Shown here one piece after another: positions 8,177-18,678 of a DNA stretch of 64,000 nt (position 1 is its first letter; every line of letters starts with the position of its first letter). The position numbers were made by a program, and so were the translations under genes. The DNA lies in NCBI GenBank assembly GCA_963809025.1, contig CAWEIE010000046.1:17873-81872 (forward strand), written 5' to 3'. Under the pieces are notes generated by a model. The model was not told the DNA's origin. It did no database searches and saw nothing but the letters and a program-made list of their open reading frames with translations. Origin of the DNA: an uncultured Alphaproteobacteria bacterium (GTDB lineage Bacteria > Pseudomonadota > Alphaproteobacteria > Reyranellales > Reyranellaceae).

Positions 8177-11100
8177 ATGACCACGCGCACCAACCTGTCG
8201 GCGCTCGCGCTGAAGTACAGCACGCTGACCGTGTTCTTCATGATCGCCCTGGTCGCGGCCGGCGTTTACGCCTTCTTCAATCTTGGCCGCGGCGAGGATC
8301 CGCCCTTCACCATCAAGCAGATGGTGGTGTCGGCCGCCTGGCCGGGCGCCACCTCGCGCGAGATGGAGCAGCAGGTCACCGAGAAGATCGAGACCAAGCT
8401 GCAGGAGCTGCCCTACATCAATTTCGTCAACAGCTACACCAAGCCCGGCGAGACAGTGATCTATGTCTCGCTGCGCGACGACACTCCGCCGGGCAAGGTG
8501 CCCGACCTCTGGTACCAGGTGCGCAAGAAGGTCGGCGACATCAGGAGTTCCCTGCCGCAGGGCGTGGCCGGGCCGTTCTTCAACGACGAATACGGCGACA
8601 CCTACAGCCTGATCTGGGCCTTCGAAGCCGACGGTTTCTCGCCGGCCGAGGTCAAGGAAATAGCCAAGACCGTGCGCCAGCGCCTACTGCGCGTGCCCGA
8701 CGTCACCAAGGCCGACCTGATCGGCCTGCAGGACGAGAAGATCTACATCGAGTTCAGCCACACGCGACTGGCCATGCTGGGCATCCCGGTCGACCAGATC
8801 CTGGAGGTCGTGCGTCGCCAGAACGCCATCGTCGCCGCCGGCACGGTCGAAACCAAGGGTGAGCGGGTCTCGGTGCGCGTCGAGGGTGCGCCCCTGTCGG
8901 CCGAAGATCTTGCCTCCCTGCCCTTCAGCGCCAACGGCCGCACGCTGATGCTGTCGGACGTGGCCGAGATCAAGCGCGGCTACCAGGACCCGCAGCAGAT
9001 CTCCATGCGCTACAAGGGCAAGCCGGTGATCGGCCTCGGCGTCGTGATGGCCCAGGGCGGCAACGTACAGACGCTGGGCAAGGCGCTCGACAAGGTGATG
9101 GCCGACGTCGAGAGGGGCCTGCCGGTCGGCATCACCGTGCACCGCGTCGCCAACCAGCCCGAGGTCGTCGACAAGTCGTTCGAGGAGTTCATTTTCTCGC
9201 TGCTCGAGGCGCTGGGCATCGTGCTGGTAGTGTCGTTCATCAGCCTGGGCGTGCGCACCGGCGTGATCGTGGCGATGTCGGTGCCGCTGGTGCTGGCCAT
9301 CACCTTCGTGGCCATGCTGCTCCTGGGCATCGACTTCCAGCGGATCTCGCTCGGCGCGCTGATCATCGCGCTCGGCCTGCTGGTCGACGACGCCATCATC
9401 GCCGTCGAGATGATGATGGTGAAGCTGGAGCAAGGCGCGAGCCGGCTCGAGGCCGCCACCTACGCCTACACCTCGACCGCCTTCCCCATGCTGACCGGCA
9501 CGCTGGTCACCGCCATCGGCTTCGTGCCGGTGGGCTTTGCGCGCTCGAGCGCGGGCGAATACACCAACTCGATCTTCTGGGTGGTCGGCCTGTCGCTGGT
9601 CATCTCGTGGTTCGTGGCCGTGCTGTTCACGCCGTGGATGGGCTATCACCTGCTGCCGACACCCAAGGTCCATCATCACGATCCCTATGGCGGGCGGCTC
9701 TACACCGCTTTCCGCAAGCTGGTCGTGTGGTGCGTGACCTGGCGCAAGACCACGATCGCCATCACGGCACTCGCCTTCGTCGCGTCCTTGGGCGCCTTCA
9801 CCCTGGTGCAGAAGCAGTTCTTTCCGACGGCCAACCGGCCCGAGCTGATCGTCGACCTGAAGCTGGCGCAGGGCGCCTCATGGGCCGCCACCGACCGCGA
9901 GGTACGGCGCCTCGAGAAGTGGCTGGGCGAGAACCACGACGTCGCCTTCTACACGTCCTATGTCGGCGCCGGCAGTCCGCGCTTCTACCTGCCGACCGTG
10001 CCGGAACTCTCCAACGCGAATTTCGGCCAGGTCGTCGTCATGACCAAGGACCTGGATGCCCGCGAGCGTGTGGTCGCCGATCTGAACCAGTTGTTCGGCA
10101 ATGGCTTCGAGGCGGTGCGCGCCCGCGTGCAGCGCCTGCAGAACGGCCCCCCGGTCAGCTATCCGGTGATGTTCCGCGTGCTGGGCGACGATCCGCAGCA
10201 GGTCCGCGCCGTCGCCGAGAAGGTCCGCCAGGTGTTCAAGGCCGATCCCGCCACGCGCGACATCAACTTCGACTGGAACGAGCTCGCCAAGACGGTGCGG
10301 CTCGAGGTCGACCAGAACAAGGCGCGTGCGCTCGGCGTAGACTCGCAGCTTCTGGGCAACACCCTGCAGACGCTCCTGTCGGGCGTGACCGTGACGCAGT
10401 ACCGCGACCGCACCGAGACGATCGACGTCGTGGCCCGTGCCGTGCCCGCCGAGCGCCTCAGCGTCGAGGGCCTGGAGGCGATCAACCTGCGCACCGGCAA
10501 CGGCGGCGTGGTCTCGCTGGCCCAGCTCGCCACCCTCCGCTTCGAGCTCGAGGAACCGATCCTGTGGCGGCGCAACAAGGAGCTCCTGATGACGGTGCGC
10601 GCCGGCGTGATCGACGGCGTGCAGGGCCCCGACGTCGCCGCCCGCATCGACAAGGCGCTGGCCCCGGTGCGCGCCGAGCTGCCGGCTGGCTACCGCATCG
10701 AGGTCGGCGGCGACAGCGAGGAGAGCGCCAAGAGCCAGGGCTCGATCTTCAAGATGATGCCGGTCATGGCCTTCCTGATGATGCTGTTCCTGATGCTGCA
10801 GCTGCAAAGCTTCTCCAAGCTCGCGCTCGTGGTGCTGACGGCGCCGCTGGGGTTGATCGGCGTGTCGCTGTTCCTGCTGGTGTTCAACCAGCCCTTCGGC
10901 TTCGTGTCGCTGCTGGGCGTGATCGCGCTCGCCGGCATGATCATGCGCAACTCGGTGATCCTGGTCGATCAGATCGACCAGGACCTCGCCGCCGGCCATT
11001 CGGCCTGGGACGCCGTGATCGACGCCACGGTGCGTCGCGCCCGGCCGATCCTGCTGACCGCCGGCACCGCCATCTTCGCCATGATCCCGCTCTCCAGAAG

Positions 11101-11278
11101 CGTGTTCTGGGGGCCGATGGCGGTGGCCCTGATGGGCGGCCTCCTGGTGGCGACCGCTCTCACCCTGCTCTTCCTGCCGGCGCTCTACGCCGCCTGGTTC
11201 CGGGTCAAGCGACCGGCTGAGAAGCCCCAGCTGGTCGAGACCTCGGCGCATCCGCCACTCGCAATCGCGGCCGAATAG
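8177..11278 (+). CDS. RND efflux transporter permease (AcrB/MexK-like)
   Basis: EDPPFT, WPGAT..EMEQQV, GLLVDDAII, GMIMRNSVILVDQI, RARPILLT; 1033 aa. Confidence 0.95.
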   Translation: MTTRTNLSALALKYSTLTVFFMIALVAAGVYAFFNLGRGEDPPFTIKQMVVSAAWPGATSREMEQQVTEKIETKLQELPYINFVNSYTKPGETVIYVSLRDDTPPGKVPDLWYQVRKKVGDIRSSLPQGVAGPFFNDEYGDTYSLIWAFEADGFSPAEVKEIAKTVRQRLLRVPDVTKADLIGLQDEKIYIEFSHTRLAMLGIPVDQILEVVRRQNAIVAAGTVETKGERVSVRVEGAPLSAEDLASLPFSANGRTLMLSDVAEIKRGYQDPQQISMRYKGKPVIGLGVVMAQGGNVQTLGKALDKVMADVERGLPVGITVHRVANQPEVVDKSFEEFIFSLLEALGIVLVVSFISLGVRTGVIVAMSVPLVLAITFVAMLLLGIDFQRISLGALIIALGLLVDDAIIAVEMMMVKLEQGASRLEAATYAYTSTAFPMLTGTLVTAIGFVPVGFARSSAGEYTNSIFWVVGLSLVISWFVAVLFTPWMGYHLLPTPKVHHHDPYGGRLYTAFRKLVVWCVTWRKTTIAITALAFVASLGAFTLVQKQFFPTANRPELIVDLKLAQGASWAATDREVRRLEKWLGENHDVAFYTSYVGAGSPRFYLPTVPELSNANFGQVVVMTKDLDARERVVADLNQLFGNGFEAVRARVQRLQNGPPVSYPVMFRVLGDDPQQVRAVAEKVRQVFKADPATRDINFDWNELAKTVRLEVDQNKARALGVDSQLLGNTLQTLLSGVTVTQYRDRTETIDVVARAVPAERLSVEGLEAINLRTGNGGVVSLAQLATLRFELEEPILWRRNKELLMTVRAGVIDGVQGPDVAARIDKALAPVRAELPAGYRIEVGGDSEESAKSQGSIFKMMPVMAFLMMLFLMLQLQSFSKLALVVLTAPLGLIGVSLFLLVFNQPFGFVSLLGVIALAGMIMRNSVILVDQIDQDLAAGHSAWDAVIDATVRRARPILLTAGTAIFAMIPLSRSVFWGPMAVALMGGLLVATALTLLFLPALYAAWFRVKRPAEKPQLVETSAHPPLAIAAE

Positions 11279-11292
11279 GGCGCAACGAACTC

Positions 11293-11367
11293 GTCATCCT
11301 GAGCGCAGCGAAGAATCTCATGCCGGTTGCAAGCGGCGATGAGATCCTTCGCTTCGCTCAGGACGAC
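11293..11367. repeat. Palindromic REP-like element, family A
   Basis: GTCATCCTGAGCGCAGCGAAGAATCTCAT...ATGAGATCCTTCGCTTCGCTCAGGACGAC inverted arms; related copies at 32411 and about 40825. Confidence 0.8.
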
Positions 11368-11371
11368 AGAA

Positions 11372-12016
11372 CTACGAGATGCGCCCTTCGACCGTATGGA
11401 TGTCGACGGTGCGCGCCGCACTGACCTCAAGGATGATCTCGATACCGCGCACGATGTCGTCCAGCGCCATCGACGGCGCGGCGCCGCCGGTCCGCACGAC
11501 CTGTTCGGGCACATAGGGGATGTGCAGGAAGCCGCCGCGGAATGCCGCGGGATGGTCCTGGGCGATATCCATCAGCGAATAGAGGATGTGGTTGCAGACG
11601 AAGGTGCCGGCCGTGTTCGACACTGCCGCCGGCAGCCCCGCCTTGCGCATCGCCGCCACGCAGGCCTTGATCGGCAGGGTGGCGAAATAGGCCGCCGGAC
11701 CGTCCTTCACGACCGGCTTGTCGATCGGCTGCTTGCCGTCGTTGTCGCGGATGCGGGCGTCCTGGACGTTGATGCCGACGCGCTCCAGGCAAAGCTCGCT
11801 GCGGCCGCCGGCCTGGCCGACGCACAGCACGATGTCGGGCCGAACCTTGTCGATCGCGGCCCGCAGCACGCCGGCCGACATCGCATAGGACGTCGGCAGC
11901 TTGGCGGTATGAACGGCGATGCCGGCGATCCGCTTCTTGAGCTTGCCGACCGCCAGAGAAGAAGGGTTCACCTCGTCTCCGCCGAACGGATCGAAGCCTG
12001 TCACCAAAGCCTTCAT
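11372..12016 (-). CDS. pcp: Pyroglutamyl-peptidase I
   Basis: LVTGFDPFGG..VNPS, GQAGGR, LERVGIN, SNTAGTFVCN (catalytic Cys), GFLHIPY (His). Confidence 0.93.
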   Translation of the reverse strand: MKALVTGFDPFGGDEVNPSSLAVGKLKKRIAGIAVHTAKLPTSYAMSAGVLRAAIDKVRPDIVLCVGQAGGRSELCLERVGINVQDARIRDNDGKQPIDKPVVKDGPAAYFATLPIKACVAAMRKAGLPAAVSNTAGTFVCNHILYSLMDIAQDHPAAFRGGFLHIPYVPEQVVRTGGAAPSMALDDIVRGIEIILEVSAARTVDIHTVEGRIS

Positions 12017-12030
12017 GTCCAGTCCATCAC

Positions 12031-12060
12031 AAACGAAAAGGGCGCCCGATGGGCGCCCTT
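12031..12060 (-). terminator. Intrinsic terminator after cox-like operon
   Basis: AAGGGCGCCC-gat-GGGCGCCCTT perfect stem, followed on minus strand by TTCGTTT. Confidence 0.8.
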
Positions 12061-12087
12061 CACGTTAGTCGTTCCTTCGGCCGGCCG

Positions 12088-12885
12088 CTACTTGTTGGCC
12101 GCGTCGACGGCCCGGCGGGCCATGACGTTCACCAGGTGGGCGCGATACTCGGCGCTGGCGTGGATGTCGCTGTTCAGCCCGTCGGCCGGGATCTTGATGT
12201 CCTTGATGGCGTCCGAGGAGAAGTTCTTGGCCAGCGCGTCCTCCATCGCCTTGACGCGGAACACGCAGGGGCCCGCACCGGTGACGGCGACGCGCACGCC
12301 GCCTGCCATCTTCGCCACGAACACGCCGACCATGGCGTAGCGCGAGGCCGGGTTGGGGAACTTCATGTAGGCGGCCTTTTCGACCTTGGGGAAGCTCACC
12401 GAGGTGACCAACTCACCGTCGCTCAACGCCGTCTCGAACAGCCCCTTGAAGAAGCTGTCGGCCGTGTGCTTGCCGGTGTTGGTCGTGACGGTGGCGTTGA
12501 GCCCGACCACGGCCCCCGGATAGTCGGCCGCCGGGTCGTTGTTGGCGATCGAGCCACCGATCGTGCCGCGGTTGCGCACCTGCGGATCGCCGATATGGCC
12601 CGCGAGATACGCCAGCGCGGGGATCGCGCCCTTCACATCGGCCGAGCTCGCGACGTCGGCGTGGCGGGTCATGCCGCCGATCACCACGTTGTTGCCCTCG
12701 ACCTTGATGCCGGCCAGTTCCTTGATGCCGCCGAGATCGACGACGTCGCTCGGCCTGGCGAGCCGCTGCTTCAGTGTCGGGATCAGGGTCATGCCGCCCG
12801 ACATCGGGCGCGCCTCATCCTTGCCCTTCAGCAGGTTGACCGCGTCGGCCAGTGTCTTGGGGCGATGGTAGTGAAAGTCGTACAT
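12088..12885 (-). CDS. coxM: Xanthine dehydrogenase family FAD subunit (CoxM-like)
   Basis: SGGMTLIPTLKQRLA, IGDPQVRNRGTIGGSIANNDPAADY, DIHASAEYRAHL. Confidence 0.9.
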   Translation of the reverse strand: MYDFHYHRPKTLADAVNLLKGKDEARPMSGGMTLIPTLKQRLARPSDVVDLGGIKELAGIKVEGNNVVIGGMTRHADVASSADVKGAIPALAYLAGHIGDPQVRNRGTIGGSIANNDPAADYPGAVVGLNATVTTNTGKHTADSFFKGLFETALSDGELVTSVSFPKVEKAAYMKFPNPASRYAMVGVFVAKMAGGVRVAVTGAGPCVFRVKAMEDALAKNFSSDAIKDIKIPADGLNSDIHASAEYRAHLVNVMARRAVDAANK

Positions 12886-12899
12886 CTCTGATCCTCCCG

Positions 12900-15284
12900 T
12901 TATTCGGCCGCCGCGCGCGCACCATGGATTGCCTGCCACACGTTGAGGGGCGTGGCGGGCATCGGCACGTGGCTGACGCCAAGCGATGCCAGTGCATCGT
13001 GGACGGCATTCATCACGGCGGCGGGTGCGGCGATCGCACCGGCCTCGCCGCATCCCTTCACGCCCAGCGGATTGTGCGGACAGGGCGTGACCTTGTTGCC
13101 GAGCTTGAACGACGGCACGTCGTCGGCACGCGGCATGGTGTAGTCCATATACGAGCCGCTGATCAGCTGGCCCGTCTCCTTGTCGTAGACGGCGTTCTCG
13201 AGCAGCGCCTGGCCGACGCCCTGCACGATGCCGCCATGCACCTGGCCCTCGACGATCATCGGATTGATGACGTTGCCGAAATCGTCGACCGCCGTGTGGC
13301 TGATGACCTCGACAACGCCAGTCTCGGGGTCGATCTCGACCTCGCAGATCTGCGTGCCCGCGGGATAAACGAAATTGGACGGATCGTAGAATGCGTTCTC
13401 GTCCATGCCGGGTTCGAGCTCTTCCAACGGATAATTGTGCGGCACATAGGCCGCGAACACCGCTTGGCCCAGTGGCACGGCCTTGTCCGTGCCGGCGACC
13501 TTGAAGGTGCCCTGCTCGAAGACGACGTCGGCCACCGACGCCTCCATCAGGTGGGCCGCGATCTTCTTGCCCTTGGCGATCACCTTGTCGGCAGCCTTCA
13601 TGATGGCCGAACCGCCCACGGCAAGCGACCGGCTACCGTAGCTGCCCATGCCGAAGGGCGTCGTCGCCGTGTCGCCGTGGACCACCTCGATGTTCTCGAA
13701 CGGCACGCCGAGCTTGTCCGACACGAGCTGGGCGAAGGTCGTCTCGTGGCTCTGGCCGTGGCTGTGCGCGCCGGTCAGGATCTGGACGTTGCCCGTCGGG
13801 TTGAACTTGAGCTGCGCCAACTCCCACTGGCCGACACCGCCGCCGAGCTGGCCGATCACTCGCGACGGTCCCAAGCCACAGGCCTCGATATAGGACGAGA
13901 AGCCGATGCCGCGCAGCTTGCCGCGCGACTTGGCTTCGGCGCGGCGGGCCTCGAAGCCCTTGTAATCGGCGATCTTGATCGCCTCGTCGATGATCGGCGG
14001 GTAGTTGCCCGAATCGTACTGCAGCGCCACCGGCGTCTGGTACGGGAAGGCGTCGGACGGAATGAAGTTCTTCCGGCGCAGCTCGGCCGTATCCATCTTC
14101 AGTTCCTTGGCCGCCTTGCTGACGATCGTCTCGATGACGAACGTCGCTTCCGGACGGCCGGCGCCGCGATAGGCGTCGACCGGCGCGGTGTGCGTCAGCG
14201 CCGCCTTCACATTGGCGTAGATCAACGGCGTCGTGTACTGGCCGGCCAACAGCGTGGCGTAGAGGTAGGTCGGTACCGCTGTCGAGAAAGTCGACAGGTA
14301 GGCGCCCATGTTGGCGATGGTCTCGACCTTGAGCGCCAGGAACTTGCCGTCCTTGTCGAGCGCCAGCTCAGCATGGGTGACGTGGTCGCGACCGTGTGCG
14401 TCGGTCTGGAACGATTCGCTACGCTCGGCGGTCCACTTGATCGGACGGCCGACGCGGGACGCCGCCCAGGTGACCATGGTCTCTTCGTTGTAGCAGAAGA
14501 TCTTGCTGCCGAAGCCGCCACCCACGTCGGGGGCGATGACGCGCAGCTTGTGCTCGGGAATGCCCAGCACGAAGGCCGACAGGATCAGGCGCAGCACATG
14601 CGGATTCTGCGACGTCGACCACAGCGTGTAGTTGCCCGTGCCCTTGTCGTACTCCGCCGCCGCTGCGCGCGGCTCCATGGCGTTGGGGATCAGGCGATTG
14701 TTGACGATGTCGATCTTGGTGACGTGCGCGGCCTTGGCGAAGGCAGCGTCGACATCGGCCTTCACGCCGATTTCCCAGTCATAGATCAGGTTGCCCGGCG
14801 CTTCCGCCGCATGAACCTCGGGCGCGCCCTTGTCGAGCGCGTGGGCGAGATCGATGTTGGCAGGCTTTTCTTCGTAATCGACCTTGATCGCCTCGGCGGC
14901 GTCCTTGGCCTCGTCGTGGCTATTGGCCACGACCATCGCCACCGTGTCGCCGACATAGCGGACGGTGTCGACCGCCATCACCGGATGCGGCGGCGCCTTG
15001 TGCGGCTGGCCGTGCTTGTCCTTCACCACCCAGCCGCAGATCAGGCCGCCGACCTTGGCGTCGGCGATGTCCTTGCCGGTGAAGATCGCGACGACGCCCG
15101 GCATCGCCTTGGCGGCCGAGACGTCGATGCTCTTGATCGTGGCGTGGGCGTGCGGCGAACGCAGGAAATGCGCGTAGGTCGCGCGCGCGAGCGCGAGATC
15201 GTCGACATAGCGTCCGGTCCCGGTCAGGAAGCGCTTGTCTTCCGTCCGCTTGACCCGGGCGCCGATTCCGGTTGGCGCGTTCAT
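12900..15284 (-). CDS. coxL: Xanthine dehydrogenase family molybdopterin subunit (form II CoxL-like)
   Basis: [43 protein letters not shown]. Confidence 0.9.
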   Translation of the reverse strand: MNAPTGIGARVKRTEDKRFLTGTGRYVDDLALARATYAHFLRSPHAHATIKSIDVSAAKAMPGVVAIFTGKDIADAKVGGLICGWVVKDKHGQPHKAPPHPVMAVDTVRYVGDTVAMVVANSHDEAKDAAEAIKVDYEEKPANIDLAHALDKGAPEVHAAEAPGNLIYDWEIGVKADVDAAFAKAAHVTKIDIVNNRLIPNAMEPRAAAAEYDKGTGNYTLWSTSQNPHVLRLILSAFVLGIPEHKLRVIAPDVGGGFGSKIFCYNEETMVTWAASRVGRPIKWTAERSESFQTDAHGRDHVTHAELALDKDGKFLALKVETIANMGAYLSTFSTAVPTYLYATLLAGQYTTPLIYANVKAALTHTAPVDAYRGAGRPEATFVIETIVSKAAKELKMDTAELRRKNFIPSDAFPYQTPVALQYDSGNYPPIIDEAIKIADYKGFEARRAEAKSRGKLRGIGFSSYIEACGLGPSRVIGQLGGGVGQWELAQLKFNPTGNVQILTGAHSHGQSHETTFAQLVSDKLGVPFENIEVVHGDTATTPFGMGSYGSRSLAVGGSAIMKAADKVIAKGKKIAAHLMEASVADVVFEQGTFKVAGTDKAVPLGQAVFAAYVPHNYPLEELEPGMDENAFYDPSNFVYPAGTQICEVEIDPETGVVEVISHTAVDDFGNVINPMIVEGQVHGGIVQGVGQALLENAVYDKETGQLISGSYMDYTMPRADDVPSFKLGNKVTPCPHNPLGVKGCGEAGAIAAPAAVMNAVHDALASLGVSHVPMPATPLNVWQAIHGARAAAE

Positions 15285-15286
15285 GG

Positions 15287-15772
15287 CTACACCCCCGCAG
15301 ACTTCATGGCGGGCGCGGCCGCCAGGATGGCCTTCACGATGTTGTGGTAGCCGGTGCAGCGGCAGAGGTTGCCCTCGAGCTCGCGGCGCACCGTCGCCTC
15401 GTCGAGCTGGTAGTTGTGGCGCTTCACCATGTCGATGGCGCTCATCACCATGCCCGGGGTGCAGAAGCCGCACTGCAGGGCATGGTTCTCGCGGAACGCC
15501 TCCTGCATGGGATGCAGCTTCTCGGCGCTCTCGGCCAGGCCCTCGATGGTGATGACCTTGGCGCCTTCGGCCTGGACGGCAAGCATGGTGCAGGACTTCA
15601 CCGACTTGCCGTCGACGTCCACGACGCAGGCGCCGCATTGGCTGGTGTCGCAGCCGACGTGGGTACCGGTCATGCCGAGATGCTCGCGCAGGAATTGCAC
15701 CAACAGCGTGCGCGCCTCGACCTTGCCCGAGGCGGGCTTGCCGTTGACGGTCATGGCGACGGGAATGGTCAT
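15287..15772 (-). CDS. coxS: (2Fe-2S)-binding subunit (CoxS-like)
   Basis: [13 protein letters not shown] and [16 protein letters not shown]. Confidence 0.93.
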   Translation of the reverse strand: MTIPVAMTVNGKPASGKVEARTLLVQFLREHLGMTGTHVGCDTSQCGACVVDVDGKSVKSCTMLAVQAEGAKVITIEGLAESAEKLHPMQEAFRENHALQCGFCTPGMVMSAIDMVKRHNYQLDEATVRRELEGNLCRCTGYHNIVKAILAAAPAMKSAGV

Positions 15773-15920
15773 GTAGTCGTCTCCCTCACATTGTTGGTTT
15801 CTGCGCAGGCGCGCCAATGCACACCCACAGGGCATTTGAACGACTCTCGCAAGCCGCTCATGCGCCGGTCAAGCGAATTGCGGATGACGGCCGACCGCCC
15901 TCTTCCGACGGCAGCCGCTG

Positions 15921-16529
15921 CTAACGGCTCGCAAGGAAAATCAGGATCAGAACGGCTGCGCCGACGCCAATGACCAGCCAATGCCGATAGCCTCGCTGCG
16001 CTGCAGCGGGCGGTGGTGACGGCGGCGAAACCATGCCGGGTGCGGGCGGCGCATCCGACGGCGTCCCCGCTACTGCCGCGGCCGGCGGCGGGCCCCCGAC
16101 CATGGTGGCGAACTTGCCGAAGAACTCGTCGGCCAGCTTCTTGGCCGTGCCGTCGATCAGGCGGGCACCGACCTGGGCAATCTTGCCGCCGACCTGGGCG
16201 TCGACATTGTAGTTCAGCAGGGTGTCGCCGGCGTCCTCGCGCAGCGTCACCACGGCGCCGCCCTTGGCAAAGCCTGCGGCGCCGCCCTGCCCTTCGCCCG
16301 AGATCCTGTAGCCGTTGGGCGGATCGATGTCGCTCAGCGTCACCTTGCCCGAGAAGCTGGCACTGACCGGGCCGATGCGCATGCGTACCTTGGCCTTCAT
16401 TTCGGTGTCCGAGGTCTTCTCCAAGGATTCGCAGCCCGGAATGCAGGCCTGCAGCACGGCCTGGTCGTTCAACGCTGCAAAGACCTTCTCGCGGGGGGCC
16501 GCGATCCTGTACTCGCCCTTGATTTCCAT
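15921..16529 (-). CDS. coxG: CoxG-like SRPBCC protein with C-terminal membrane anchor
   Basis: LNDQAVLQACIPGCESL, GFAKGGAVV, VGGKIAQVGARLID; Pro-rich linker then hydrophobic tail. Confidence 0.88.
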   Translation of the reverse strand: MEIKGEYRIAAPREKVFAALNDQAVLQACIPGCESLEKTSDTEMKAKVRMRIGPVSASFSGKVTLSDIDPPNGYRISGEGQGGAAGFAKGGAVVTLREDAGDTLLNYNVDAQVGGKIAQVGARLIDGTAKKLADEFFGKFATMVGGPPPAAAVAGTPSDAPPAPGMVSPPSPPPAAAQRGYRHWLVIGVGAAVLILIFLASR

Positions 16530-16591
16530 CCGGTAACTCCTGGCTGAAGCGCGCCCACCTCACCCCGAAGGGTGAAGCGTCGACGATGCGC

Positions 16592-18526
16592 CTACCACTT
16601 GCTGGTATAGGAGTCCGGCGGCGGTTCTGCCAGTGGCTCGCGCAGCGAGACATAGATGGTCGCCAGGTACGGTACGGCCATCAAAATGGCGAGGCCGCCG
16701 AGCCAGTCGGCCTGGGTGTTCCAGAACAGCGTGCCGATCACCCAGCGGCCGCCATCGACGGCGACGAAACCGCCCGAACCACCGTCATGCAGCTTGATGG
16801 CGCCTTCCGTCACGACCATGACGATGGCCCAGAAGATCAGCAGGAATGAAAGGGCGATTTCCGGCAGGATCGGCCGGACGCGGCTGTACGACCGGTCCAT
16901 GCGCACGAAGCCCTTGCTGCCGTCGTAGCCCAGCAGGCGGCCGAACGACAGCGCCTTGGCCCAGCGGTCGGCCCGCGATGCCGGCTCGTTGCGCACGATG
17001 GTCAGCGTCTTCCAGGCCATCAGCACGATCGACGGGATGACGAAGCTCCAGATCGGGAAATCGCGGTAGCGGCCGTCGATGGCGATCTGGCGATACCAGG
17101 TCTCGCCGATGCGGATCACGCCGTCGTACCAGTCGATGCTGATGACGATCAGGTAGAAGATGCAGAGCACCGTCAGCGCGAGGTAGAGAACCTGCAGCAT
17201 CAGGTCGGCGCGCTGCAGGACGCGATAGCGCGGCAGTTCGCGCCAGGCGCGCCACGCCTCGCGCACCCGCGCACCGTAGAGCGAGGGATCGGCCATCTTG
17301 CCGGTCAGGCTGTCGGCGATGCCGCGCAGCAGGGCGTAGCTGAACAATCCCAACAGGACGGCCCAGAACACCACGCCAACCACCTTCTCGAAGTAGAAAG
17401 TGCGTGACAGGTCGATCCAGGTCGACTGCACGTAGCAAGTGGCGACGAGTTGGGCGAAGACCGCGAAGATTGCGATCGCCTTGCCGCGCGACGGTCGGCG
17501 CATCGCGACGAAGCCGCCCAGCATCAGGCCGCCAGCCAGCGTCGACAGGATGAACAGGATCGGCCAATGCGGCTCGGCCGACACCGGCTTGCCGAGCTCG
17601 AACTTGTCGTGACGCTGCGCGTCGAGCAGGCCCCAGGCCGCCCCGACGGTCCCCTCCTGGCGGGCCTTCCAGTACTGGTCGAAGGCTTCGACGATGTTGT
17701 AGTCGAACTTCTCGCGGTCGGCGATCGAGCGGAAGGTCGAGAAGTAGCGCACCTGCTCGACCCGGCCGGGCCGCGCGTCGGAGCGCATGCGGCCGTCGCT
17801 CGGCCAGCCCGTCTCGCCAATCACGATCGTCTTGCCCGGAAAGCGGTCCTGCACCTTCTTGTAGATGTCGACGATGTGCTTCTCGATGGTCGGCTTGCCG
17901 TCGGGCTCGCGGCGATCGAGCCCGATCGGCACGTCCTCCCAGTACGGCAGGATGTGGATGGTGATGAAGTCGACCTCGTCGGCCAGCGACGGATTGCGCA
18001 TCCAGAATTCCCAGACGTCCGCGTAGGTCACGGGCTGGGAGACGCGCTGCTTGACCTGGCGGATGTAGCGGCGGAGCTGGTTGGCCGTCAGCTCCTTGCG
18101 CAGCAGCACCTCGTTGCCGACGATCACCCGTTCGACCGTGTCCTTGTACTTGTTGGCGTGGTCGATCAGCAGGTTGATCTGCTCGAGGTTCTCCTTGTCG
18201 TTATCGTTCAGCCAGGCGCCATGCCAGACTTTCAGCCCGTACTTGCCGGCGCGCTGCGGGACGGTTTCGAGGTTTTCGCCCGCCGAGTAGGTTCGGACTG
18301 CGCGGACCTTGCCCTGCAGGCGGCGCAGATCCTCCTCGATCTGATCGGGTGTGGGGAACGTGCGCGTGAGCGGGCTCTGGCCTGGCCGGTAAGGCGCGAA
18401 TGACACGCTCTGCAGCGGCGAATTGGTCCAGCCGGCGATTTCGACCGGCCTGTTGGGCCACCACCACCATAAAAGATTGAGCGCGGCGACAGCCACAAAG
18501 GCGATCAGCGCCACTAGAACACGCAT
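16592..18526 (-). CDS. Glycoside hydrolase family 17 protein with multi-TM C-terminus (cyclic beta-glucan NdvC-like)
   Basis: VRTYS, VIVGNEVLLR, VTYADVWEFW, IHILPYWE, IGETGWPS, EAFDQYWK. Confidence 0.8.
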   Translation of the reverse strand: MRVLVALIAFVAVAALNLLWWWWPNRPVEIAGWTNSPLQSVSFAPYRPGQSPLTRTFPTPDQIEEDLRRLQGKVRAVRTYSAGENLETVPQRAGKYGLKVWHGAWLNDNDKENLEQINLLIDHANKYKDTVERVIVGNEVLLRKELTANQLRRYIRQVKQRVSQPVTYADVWEFWMRNPSLADEVDFITIHILPYWEDVPIGLDRREPDGKPTIEKHIVDIYKKVQDRFPGKTIVIGETGWPSDGRMRSDARPGRVEQVRYFSTFRSIADREKFDYNIVEAFDQYWKARQEGTVGAAWGLLDAQRHDKFELGKPVSAEPHWPILFILSTLAGGLMLGGFVAMRRPSRGKAIAIFAVFAQLVATCYVQSTWIDLSRTFYFEKVVGVVFWAVLLGLFSYALLRGIADSLTGKMADPSLYGARVREAWRAWRELPRYRVLQRADLMLQVLYLALTVLCIFYLIVISIDWYDGVIRIGETWYRQIAIDGRYRDFPIWSFVIPSIVLMAWKTLTIVRNEPASRADRWAKALSFGRLLGYDGSKGFVRMDRSYSRVRPILPEIALSFLLIFWAIVMVVTEGAIKLHDGGSGGFVAVDGGRWVIGTLFWNTQADWLGGLAILMAVPYLATIYVSLREPLAEPPPDSYTSKW

Positions 18527-18599
18527 GGAAGGCTTTTAGCAGGATCGCCTGCGCGGCGTGTGGCTTTTCGCGGGCGGTTTGTCCCCAGAATGTTCTTCT

Positions 18600-18678
18600 C
18601 GGAGCGCGGACCTCCAGGTCCGCATCATGGGAGCGTATTCATATGCGCGTCTGAGCGGACCTGGAGGTCCGCGCTCCG
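18600..18678. repeat. Palindromic REP-like element, family B
   Basis: CGGAGCGCGGACCTCCAGGTCCGC...GCGGACCTGGAGGTCCGCGCTCCG inverted arms. Confidence 0.75.

Noticed and set aside
12900-15284. True aerobic CO dehydrogenase
   Set aside because: Lacks AYxCSFR and form I gene order
16560-16575. Hairpin TCACCC-cgaa-GGGTGA between GH17 and coxG
   Set aside because: Short stem without a U-tract; insufficient to call a terminator
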